DNA from: Octopus sinensis
Lineage: Eukaryota
Length of the DNA: 64,000 nt
Assembly: GCF_006345805.1 (NCBI RefSeq)
Contig: NC_043013.1
Span: 39,556,001-39,620,000, forward strand
Reading direction: 5' to 3'
Shown piece after piece: positions 24,971-35,136 of the stretch. Every line of letters starts with the position of its first letter. Position 1 is the stretch's first letter. The notes under the pieces were generated by a model. The model was not told the origin of the DNA and did not search any database. It saw only the letters and a program-made list of their open reading frames with translations. The position numbers and the translations under genes are program-made.

Positions 24971-25116
24971 TTATATATAGAGGGCATTATACATACATGC
25001 CAGGAGGCATTCTACATAACGCCATACGCTAAGAGGGACAATCAGTCATTTCTACCAAAAATATTACTAATCCCACCGAATGCAATTTTTCAAAGAAAGA
25101 CATTTAAAAATATATA

Positions 25117-25162
25117 GACCTGTATCACAGTGATTTCATACTTACGTAATCATCAGCAGGCC
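25117..25162 (-). ncRNA. Type I hammerhead ribozyme motif in a ~480-bp repeat unit
   Basis: Minus strand GGCCTG-CTGATGA-tTAC GTAA GTAt-GAA-ATCACTGTGAT-A-CAGGTC: 6-bp stem I, GTAA-capped stem II, near-palindromic stem III, AUA triplet. Confidence 0.75.
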
Positions 25163-25999
25163 TGAATATACTATAAATAAACAACGACCTTGCTTCGCTT
25201 AAGCCGATCAGCTAACTGATCAACATCAACGAAGCACATGGGTGGGTTTATATATACTATATCCGGATGAATGGCAAACTTTTACGATTGCATTTCGGGA
25301 GAGGAAAAGTTTTTTCGGAATAAAAATTTAGCAATTAAGGACAACTACTTAATAAGGAAAACTTAACAAGAAATTGTCAGGTAGATAGCGTAAAAACCTC
25401 ATAAGAGAAAAAATTTCGAAAATAATTATTTCTTATTGAACATATTAATTTATATATAGAGGGCATTATACATACATGCCAGGAGGCATTCTACATACAC
25501 GCCATACGCTAAGAGGGACAATCAGTCATTTCTCCTACTACAAAAATATACTAATCCCACCGAATGCAATTTTCAAAGAAAGACATTTAAAAATATATAG
25601 ATTGCATTCGGTGGGATTAGTAATATTTTTGGTAGAAATGACTGATTGTCCCTCTTACGTATGGCGTGTATGTAGAATGCCTCCTGGCATGTATGTATAA
25701 TGCCTCTATATATAAATTAATATGTTCAATAAGAAATAATTATTTTCGAAATTTTTCTCTTATGAGTTTTTACGCTATCTACCTGACAATTTCTTGTTAA
25801 GTTTTCCTTATTAAGTAGTTGTCCTTAATTGCTAATTTTTATTCCGAAAAAACTTTTCCTCTCCCGAAATGCAATTCGTAAAAGTTTGCCATTCATCCGG
25901 ATATAGTATATATAAACCCACCCATGTGCTTCGTTGATGTTGATCAGTTAGCTGATCGGCTTAAGCGAAGCAAGGTCGTTGTTTATTTAAGTATATTCA

Positions 26000-26044
26000 G
26001 GCCTGCTGATGATTCGTAAGTATGAAATCACTGTGATACAGGTC
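26000..26044 (+). ncRNA. Inverted copy of the same hammerhead motif
   Basis: GGCCTG-CTGATGA-ttcgtaagtat-GAA-ATCACTGTGAT-A-CAGGTC; one base missing in stem II relative to the 25117 copy. Confidence 0.65.
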
Positions 26045-26300
26045 TATATTTTTAAATGTCTTTCTTGAAAAATTGCATTCGGTGGGATTAGTAATATTTT
26101 TGGTAGAAATGACTGATTGTCCCTCTTAGCGTATGGCGTGTATGTAGAATGCCTCCTGGCATGTATGTATAATGCCCTCTATATATAATAAATGTTCAAT
26201 AAGAATAATTATTTTCGAAATTTTTCTCTTATGAGGTTTTTACGCTATCTACCTGACATTTCTTGTTAAGTTTTCCTTATTAAGTAGTTGTCCTTATTGC

Positions 26301-26338
<38 letters not shown>

Positions 26339-26538
26339 CATCAGAATAAGCACATAAATGCGATACAAGGCGGGAAAATAGTACTCGAATACCAGATGTA
26401 GAGTAATATACTTTATTAAAAATCAGCAAAAATATGACACAATCTGTTACTCAGAGTTTCGTGCTCCCGTTCGTCAGGAATGGGGACGTGAAACTCTGAG
26501 TAACAGTTTTTGTGATATTTTTGCTGCATTTTAATAAA

Positions 26539-26580
<42 letters not shown>

Positions 26581-26789
26581 ATTAATAGATGCTTCTTTCA
26601 GTTTCCATCTACATAATCTATTCACAAGGGTTTGGTCGACCCGAGGCCATAGGAGCAGACACTTGCCCAATATTCCACGCTGTCGTACAGAAACTTCTTA
26701 CCGCACAGCGGTAACATAATCGATGAACTTTTATTTACTTATTCATTTTGTTTTATTTCTTTGCCTTCTTTTTCAGTTTTGTATATTTA

Positions 26790-27227
26790 CTAGCAGTATA
26801 GCCCGGCGTTGCTCGGGTTTGTTTCTTAGTTGCGCTTAAAACGGCAGACTCTGATGTTGCGTTAACAAAGTTTTGACATAGTTTCAATCTTTTTTGAAAA
26901 GTAAAAATTTTGCATTATGTAGCTTGTTATTCTCTTTATGTGAACATTTTTCTGGTTGAAATATACCGAAAAATGGCGACACAGCAATCAAAAAATCGTA
27001 AAAAATCGAGATTTTCATAGAAAAAAGCACCTTTTTGATGTAAATAATTTTTGGTCTTAACATGGTCTGATTTCAATTTTTTCTTTTACGGAATTAAGAG
27101 CAAACCTTCTATCATACTCTCAATTTTGGTCAACTTGCGCCGCAGGGTCTCGGAGGAGATAGTATTAGTTGAAGGCTACCGAACCTGCCACACACACACA
27201 CAGAAACTTCAGCTTTATATGTATAGA
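26790..27227 (-). mobile_element. Non-autonomous Helitron
   Basis: Minus strand TCTATAC... start; ends cccgagcaacgccgggctatactgCTAG|t. Confidence 0.7.
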
Positions 27228-27323
27228 TTTATTTTGAAAAATATATACACTGTTATATTGTTGATTACATGGAAAATCCTTTGACGCCAAATTTCATTTT
27301 CATTTTGTGTTTCTCTTTTATAG

Positions 27324-27354
27324 GACGGTGCATCAAACCTGGAAAAGCGTAATT
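27324..27354 (+). CDS. Microexon 7 (31 nt, phase 0 to 1)
   Basis: tttctcttttatag|gac ggt gca tca aac ctg gaa aag cgt aat t|gtaagt; DGASNLEKRN. Confidence 0.65.
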
Positions 27355-27576
27355 GTAAGTACACTTTATCATTTCGATTATATTACTAAAAAAAAAAAGG
27401 ACCGCCGCGATGAATTAACGTATTTCATTGGGTTTGTTCTCGTGTATAATTCAGACACAATAAAGATTGCTTACATAAAATCAAGGCAAGGTTGTAGAAT
27501 ATTTAACACAGCGGGTAGAATGCTTTGCTACATTTCATCCGCCATTGCGTTCTCAAGTTCAACTACTTAAAGAATA

Positions 27577-27965
27577 CGTGTGGTAAGTAGCTTGCTTACC
27601 AACCACATGGTTCCGGGTTCAGTCTCACTGCGTGACACCTTGGACAAGTGTCTCCTACTATAGCCTCGGGCCGACCAAAGCACTGTGAGTGGATTTGGTA
27701 GACGGAAACTGAAAGAAGCCAGTCGTATATATGTATATATATATATATGCGTGTGTGTGTTTGTGTGTCTGTGTTTGTCCCCCTAGCATTGCTTGACAAC
27801 CGATGCTGGTGTGTTTATGTCCCCGTTACTTAGCGGTTCGGCAAAAGAGACCGATAGAATAAGTACTGGGCTTACAAAAGAATAAGTCCCGGGGTCGAGT
27901 TGCTCGATTAAAGGCAGTGCTCCAGCATGGCCGCAGTCAAATGACTGAAACAAGTAAAAGAGTAA
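27577..27965 (+). mobile_element. SINE family B
   Basis: Near full-length copy. Confidence 0.85.
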
Positions 27966-28589
27966 AGAGAATATATATACATATATATATATATATGTAT
28001 TATATATATATATATATATATATAGACATTTTTGTGTGTGTATATGTATATATATATATATATGTGTATGTGTGTGTGTACAGATATATGTATATATATG
28101 TATATTTATATCTATATCTATATATGTATATGTATATCTATATATACATGTATATGTATATCTATATATCTATATGCATATATATATATATGCATATATA
28201 TATATATATGTAAGTATATATATATCTATGTGTATATATATGTCTATGTATTTGTATATATAACTATGTGTATATGCATAAATATGTATGTATACATATG
28301 TATATGTATATATATATATGTATGTATATGTATGTATATTTATATATGTATGTGTATATATGTGTATAGTTATATGCATATGTACGTATTTGTGCGTATA
28401 TATATGTTTGTATATGTGTGTTTGTGTAAATACACACACACTCGCACACGCACACACACACATACATACATATATATTGTTGTGTCTGAGGAAAGTCATT
28501 CTGCTTTAATGCCGTATCAATTAGCACACAGACCGGTTCGATTTCCACTCATTTACATTTAAAATTGACTCTGTCACATATATATATAT

Positions 28590-28990
28590 GTGCAGGAGTG
28601 GCTGTGTGGTAAGTAGCTTGTTTACCAACCACATGGTTCCGGGTTCAGTCCCACTGCGTGGCACCTTGGGCAAGTGTCTTCTACTATAGCCTCGGGCCGA
28701 CCAAAGCTTTGTGAGTGGATTTGGTAGACGGAAACTGAAAGAAGCCCGTCGTATATATGTATATATATATATGCGTGTGTGTGTTTGTGTGTCTGTGTTT
28801 GTACCCCTAGCATTGCTTGATAACCGATGCTGGTGTGTTTATGTCCCCGATACTTAGCGGTTCGGCAAAATAGGCCGATAGAATAAGTACTGGGCTTACA
28901 AAAGAATAAGTCCCGGGGTCGAGCTGCTCGATTAAAGGTGGTGCTCCAGCATGGCCGCAGTCAAATGACTGAAACAAGTAAAAGAGTCAA
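28590..28990 (+). mobile_element. SINE family B
   Basis: Full-length copy. Confidence 0.85.
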
Positions 28991-29133
28991 AGAGTATATA
29001 TGTAGACACACATTCACACACACACACACATATACACACATACATATACTTCTGAGTCAGAGTGAGATGTTAATAGGCAGACATGTAAAAATAAAAAATA
29101 TATTAAAATGTTTCTTTTCTCTTCTTTATTCAG

Positions 29134-29150
29134 CTGATGCAGAAAACAAA
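29134..29150 (+). CDS. Microexon 8 (17 nt, phase 1 to 0)
   Basis: tttcttttctcttctttattcag|ct gat gca gaa aac aaa|gtaagt; SDAENK. Confidence 0.6.
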
Positions 29151-29884
29151 GTAAGTATTAATTTCATAATTTTATGTCGAATGCGAAATTCTGGCTGCGG
29201 TGGTTGTGGTGGTAGAGTGTGTGTGTGGGGGTTGTGGTGGGGCTTAAAGTGTTCTGTTTCTATGACAGCGGGAAAATTTTAATGACACGAGAAAATATTA
29301 ATGACACGAGAAAATAGTAAAGACACACAGAGGCGCAAACACATTTTATGTTTATATTTCCATCGCGTTGTTATACAAACAATTTAACATTAAAACTGAA
29401 GAATTGCGCAATACGTTTTGCAGACGACATTTTCATTTTACTTTCACAATAACAGTGACTTCGAGGTTTCGGCCCACTACCCGTCATCGAATTTCAGTCT
29501 GACTAACGATTGCAGGCCGAAACCTCGAAGTTCTGTACGCACGCGCGCACGCACACACACACACACACCACACACACACACACACACACAACACACACCA
29601 CACACACACACACACACACAAAACACACACACACACACATGAGATCTCTGTCAACATATTACACGTGCCTTCTTTATTATTTTAGACGTTTACACTTCTG
29701 GTGTCTCTTTGCTGTCGTAGTTGGCCTGACTTCACAGTTAGTAGTAGAAACGAAGTCTGAATGCCGTAGCCGGTGTTCGAACTTTTTCTTTTCCTTTTAT
29801 ATAGATAGGTGTTTGTGTTTTTCTTAATGAGCTCTTGCAGATAGCCTACGCTTCACCTTAAATATTTGATTTCTTTCTTTACAG

Positions 29885-29947
29885 ACTTTCATGAATAAAT
29901 TCAAAGGTCTCTTTATCAAAAACAAAACACATAAAAGGAAACGTAGT
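29885..29947 (+). CDS. Small symmetric exon (63 nt, phase 0 to 0), basic stretch
   Basis: tttctttctttacag|...|gtaagt; TFMNKFKGLFIKNKTHKRKRS. Confidence 0.65.
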
Positions 29948-29979
29948 GTAAGTATATCACATTTATTTCTATATATTAC

Positions 29980-30390
29980 TCTTTTACTTGTTTCAGTTAT
30001 TTGACTGTGGCTATGCTGGAGCACTGCCTTTAGTCGAGCAAATCAACCCCAGGAATTATTCTTTGTAAGCCTAGTACTTATTCTATCGCTCTTTTTGCCG
30101 AACCGCTAAGTTACGGCGACGTAAACATACCAGCATTGGTTGTCAAGCAATGTTGTGGGAGACAAACACAGACATACAAACATATACATACACAACACAC
30201 ACACACACACATATATATATATACATACATATATACGACGGGCTTCTTTCAGTTTCTGTCTACCAATTCCACTCACAAGGCTTTGGTCGGCCCAAGGCTA
30301 TAGTAGAAGACACTTATCCAAGGTGCCACGCAGTGAGACTGAACCCAAAACCATGTGGTTGGTGAGCAAGCTACTTACCACACAGCCACT
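29980..30390 (-). mobile_element. SINE family B
   Basis: Full-length reverse-complement copy. Confidence 0.85.
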
Positions 30391-30876
30391 GTATTTGTAA
30401 TTAGAATTCATTGTGTCTATGCATGTTTGTGCTGCATACTTGTCTGCGAGTGAGTTACTGTCCTCGTATGTATGAAAAATGAATATCCCAAACCATATTT
30501 CATTGAAGTGTCTCTATCTCCTCTTCGTGTTGGTGATTGGTGACCCCCTTCGGTCAGACACTGACCATAGGTTTGCACCTAGAGAGTTACCCTCTGAGGC
30601 ACAAGTCTGGGCAAGGCTGTTTTATGGAAGACCAGCAGTCGCCCATGCATACCGGCCTCCCCTCTCCATGTCACCGATGTTGTCCAAGGGAAAGGCAAGG
30701 GCCGTTACAGCTTGGCACCTGTGACGTCGCAACTCATTTCTACAGCTGAGTGAACTGGAGCAACGTGAAATAAAGTGTCTTGCTCAAGAACACAACACGC
30801 AGCCCGGTCCGGGATTCGAGCTCACAACCTCACGATCGTAAGTTCTTCGTGTATTCACATTTATTTTACACCATAG

Positions 30877-30910
30877 GAACTACATACCTCTTGCATTGTA
30901 CCGTATCACT
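30877..30910 (+). CDS. Candidate microexon (34 nt, phase 0 to 1)
   Basis: atttattttacaccatag|gaa cta cat acc tct tgc att gta ccg tat cac t|gtgagt; ELHTSCIVPYH. Confidence 0.45.
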
Positions 30911-31208
30911 GTGAGTAACGAAACTGGTTTCTTTGGACTATCGCTACTACAGCGCAGCGACTTTCAAGATAGTTCCTTTCTTCCATTTTTCATCGGGTAT
31001 TTCTTCTGTAGACGTGATTGACTCGCAGAATCGTTAGCACGTCGGACAAATGCTAAACGGCATTGCTTCAGCCTCTTCACGCTCTAAGTTCAAATCCCGC
31101 TACAATCAACTAGGCATTTTTTAGCCAATGGGGTATCGACAAAATAAAATACTAGTCATACGCTAGAATCGGTGAAATAGACTTGTCCCTTTCGTTCAAC
31201 ATTACTAG

Positions 31209-31287
31209 CCTTGAAACCAGAAATGGACCGACGGCTCATTTATGGGGATTGTTGTGATCTAGGGCACTTAGATACCATGAAAACCGG
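31209..31287 (+). CDS. Candidate exon, acceptor uncertain (31209, 31263 or 31272; all phase 1 to 2)
   Basis: Strong donor ccgg|gtaagt. The longest version reads SLKPEMDRRLIYGDCCDLGHLDTMKT without stops. Confidence 0.35.
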
Positions 31288-31923
31288 GTAAGTAGGCCTA
31301 TTAATCTTAGGGCTCAGGGAAATATTTTAAAAAATTTAATTGCCTAGGTTACTTTTGCCTTTCATATTTCTGGAGGATGATAAAAATAAGCACCAGTCAT
31401 ATAATAAACTATACTCCCCATTCGCCCAAAATAAACGGATTTTGAAATGACACCGGATAAAATGGAATGTCACCGTTAACATATTCTCCTCTTGTACCTA
31501 TCTTCCAACAAATTATGCCATTTCTTGTTTCAAGTTCTGATATCAACACAAATTACATGTATGTTCACGTATAAATATTTCAAACTATTTATTCATGTTT
31601 TTATGCCAATGTTTATCCATATATGTCCTTCTCCTATCTACTGCATCATCCATTAGTGCCGCAATGAAAATTGCAAAACGGATGCAAACTCAGGTTCAAT
31701 TTTCTTTGCAAACAAGGCCGATATTTTATAATAATTGTTGTTGTTAGCAGTATTTCTTCTGCTGTCACATTCTGAGTTCAAATTCCTCCGAGGTCGACTT
31801 TGCCTCTCATCCTTTCGGTGTCGATAAATTAAGTACCACTTGAGTACTGGGATTGATCTGATCAACTGTCCCCCTCCCCACAAAATCCAGGTCTTATGCC
31901 TATAGTAGAAAGGATTATTATTA

Positions 31924-31959
<36 letters not shown>

Positions 31960-31960
<1 letters not shown>

Positions 31961-32481
31961 GAGTGAGAGAGCAGTTCATGCCATCAAAGTGACACTGGGG
32001 TAAAATATACGAAGCCCAATATACCCATCATGACTACCCGTCTGATAAAGGTACACCAGGCACATGCATCACAACCATATGTGCGCGACATGGTGATCTC
32101 ATATCAAGATAAACAGCACATGACCTTGCAGGTGGGGCCCAGTTAGAATTTTCTTCAGGTTGAGTAGCCCATCCCGCTCAAACGGTCCCTGAATAAGGGT
32201 TGTTTAAGGATGTTGAAAGAACCACCCATGTTTCCAGAGGTGAACTATTCAAACCCCAAAGAATCCCTCTCAACACATGGCTATGATGCTCCCCCACTAC
32301 TTCTGCTCGTGATCAGAGATGCACATATCGTCAGCCACTAAGGGACATGCTCAACTGGTTATGGTCAAACAACTGACAAGCAAATCTGTGGTATTGAGCA
32401 GAATATTTGCTGTAGCCCATCTTTTATACCAAGACAAAACAATGTACATGATAACACTTCCAATCAGTTAAGATCAGAAGC

Positions 32482-32486
<5 letters not shown>
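31960..32486 (-). mobile_element. Family C copy inside (ATT)n
   Basis: 5'-truncated; (att)n on both sides. Confidence 0.85.
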
Positions 32487-32554
<68 letters not shown>

Positions 32555-32556
32555 CA

Positions 32557-33360
32557 GGGTGGCGAGCTGGCAGAATCGTTAGCACGCCGGGCGAAATGCG
32601 TAGCCGTATTTCGTCTGCTGTTACGTTCTGAGTTCAAATACCGCCAAGGTCGACTTTGCCTTTCATCCTTTCGAGGTCGATAAATTAAGTACCAGTTACG
32701 CACTGGAGTCGATGTAATCGACTTAATACCCATGTCTGTCCTTGTTTGTCCCCTCTATGTTTAGCCCCTTGTGGGTAATAAAGAAATAGGTATTTAACCT
32801 GTCGCTAGGTTTTGAGCTCAAATTCTGCCGAGGTCGACTTCATCCTTTCGGAGTCGATAAAATAAATAACAGTTAAACACTTGGGTCCATATAATCTACT
32901 TATCCCTTGTCCCCAAATTGCTGTCCTTGTGGCAAAATTTGAAACCATTATTATTACACGTGTACAAGTCCTTTACGTTTTGAGTTCAAATTGCGCCGAA
33001 GTCAATTTCACCTTTATTCTTTTAGAGGTCGATAAATTGAGTACCAGTTGCCTATTGGGGTCGATCTAATCGACAGCCCCACCCCTCAAATTTCAGTTTT
33101 GTGCTTATAGTAGAAAAAATTATTAAACTTGTACAAAGGCGACGAGCTGGCAGAATCATTTGCAAACCGAGTAAAACGCTTACTAGAATTTTATCTAATT
33201 CGGTGACCTGGCAAGGCAGTTAACAGGGCAGACAAAATATTTAGCGGTATTTCACTCGTTTTTACCTTCTGAGTTTACGTTCCGCGAAGGTTGACTTTAC
33301 CTTTTATCCTTTCGATGAAATAAATACTAGTCGAACACTGGGGTCAATGTAAGCGACTTA
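32557..33360 (+). mobile_element. Cluster of SINE family A copies
   Basis: Four successive copies or part-copies. Confidence 0.85.
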
Positions 33361-33523
33361 CTCCCTGTAAGCGAGTGGTACAGGTTTGTGATAAGCTAAC
33401 CCGACTTAAGTATGGGCGACAAACATATAACTAACTCCCTTCCTTCAAAGGTATCGTCCGACTGACTCCGCTTCAGAATAGTTGTTTTTGTGCCTAAATT
33501 AGGAGCCATTACTGGTTTTATTG

Positions 33524-33822
33524 GAGGCACATGACCTAGTGGTTAGAGCAGCGGACTCGTGGTCGAAGGATCGCGGTTTCGAATCTCAGACCGGGCGATG
33601 TGTGTGTTTATGAGCGAAACACCTAAGCTTCACGTGGCTCCGGCAGAAGGTAAAAGCGAACTTCTGCTGAACCTTTCGCCACAACTTTCTCTCACTCTTT
33701 CCTCCTGAATCTTGCAGCTCACCTGCGACGGACCGGCGTTCCGTCCAGGTGAGGAACCTATACGCGAAGCAAACCGGGAAACCGGCCCTTATGAGCCAGT
33801 AATGGCTCCAGAAGGAACAAAC
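33524..33822 (+). mobile_element. tRNA-derived SINE; partial inverse copy at 24585-24720
   Basis: Head ggaggcacatgacctagtggttagagc...ggtttcgaatctc; body shared with 24585-24720. Confidence 0.7.
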
Positions 33823-33868
33823 AAACTGGTTTTATTACATTTTCTTTGTTTTTTTTCTTTTTCTTTAG

Positions 33869-33980
33869 AGAAAATCTCTACGGGTCCGGAAAGCACAGAC
33901 GCAGACGTGTAACAACATACCTCTTATCCCCCATTAAATATACTAATTACTGTGATACTTATATTCATCGTTTCGGATGA
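33869..33980 (+). CDS. Candidate terminal or internal exon, frame unresolved
   Basis: Very strong acceptor tttctttgttttttttctttttctttag. The phase-2 reading gives GENLYGSGKHRRRRVTTYLLSPIKYTNYCDTYIHRFG*; the other phases give KISTGPESTDADV* or RKSLRVRKAQTQTCNNIPLIPH*. Confidence 0.35.
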
Positions 33981-34880
33981 ATTAACCGACCAGAGCTATC
34001 ATCACCAACTATCTTCATCAACACCGGAGAGGGCTTCAACATATTTCTGCCTCCTGCAAGAAAGAGTTGTCAAATCCCGAACACTTTCATTACATTCTAC
34101 CGTCTCAGAAATTAATGACACATTGGAAGAAGTAGTCTTAGACAGGACTAAAATGTAAGAGCAGTCAAGGTTTAAAGACGTTTGTCGCTTAAGGTTGTTT
34201 CTTGTTAAACAAAGAACATCACCACGCTGCCTCCACCATCACTACCAACACCACCACCAACAACAACAACAACAGCATCACCACCACCACCAACAGCATC
34301 ACCACCACCACCACCACCACCACCACCACCATCGCCACCAAATACCATCAGCAATAGTGAGTCAACGGGGGTGTCTTTACGTGGTCTCCTGATCTTCAAG
34401 AAATAGCAGCGAAACTTTTTTGTCGAGAACAGCGGAAAGGTCTGAGATGTACCATCAAAAATTAAATGTCTATCCTCAGAGAAAGCAAGTTTGAAAAGGA
34501 GAGGGGTCATTTCCCGGGACATGAATTTCAGGGTGGTGGTGAATCATCGATGATTTGTTGATGTAAATGATGGATAGTTGAAATAAAATAATGAAGACTA
34601 ATTGGCGGGACGGGAAAAATGACAGAAGGGTTCAAAATTAACTCGGGTAACAAGCTATTTGTGAAAAAACATAAATAAACTAGTAAACTTGTTCCGGTCA
34701 ATGCAAAAAAGTGCTCACTGGTGATCTTGGTTGCATCAAATCCTAGTTTGAAGGGAAACTAAGCGGTAGCTCGTCACCCGCATTGGGGTAGGCTCCCTCA
34801 ATACTATATATTAATTATTCCATTTATAGTTGTATATAATGTATATAGAATATATATATATGTTTGTGCGTGTGTGTATA

Positions 34881-34916
<36 letters not shown>

Positions 34917-35136
34917 TGTTTCTATATATTTATGCATGTTTCTATGTATATATACCTTCATTTCACGGTGGTTTACAGTTTTAAAAGGTTTTATAATACA
35001 ATGTATTTACTATTCTTCTCTGTTAAATAAAGTTTTTCACAACTTTATAAAACATTTGTATATACAATTTATTTTTTTTGTGAATAAAATAAATTATTAT
35101 TATTATTATTACTATTATTATTATTATTATTATTGT

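Larger units (their letters stand above)
24970..26303. mobile_element. Retrozyme-like or Penelope pLTR-like array: ~1.3 units of a 479-bp monomer, then ~1.45 units inverted
   Basis: gagggcattatac recurs at 24980 and 25459; inversion junction at ~25601 with a ~30-nt spacer; (TA)n on both flanks; one hammerhead per arm. Confidence 0.7.

Noticed and set aside
31636-31672. Candidate exon after ccattag (AAMKIAKRMQTQ or CRNENCKTDANS)
   Set aside because: Only a poor donor (GTTCAA) is available; cannot be supported.
33910-33915. Programmed readthrough or editing of the TAA in KISTGPESTDADV*
   Set aside because: Context CAACAT does not fit the CARYYA leaky motif, and UAA needs two A-to-I edits to become Trp; no supporting evidence in the sequence.
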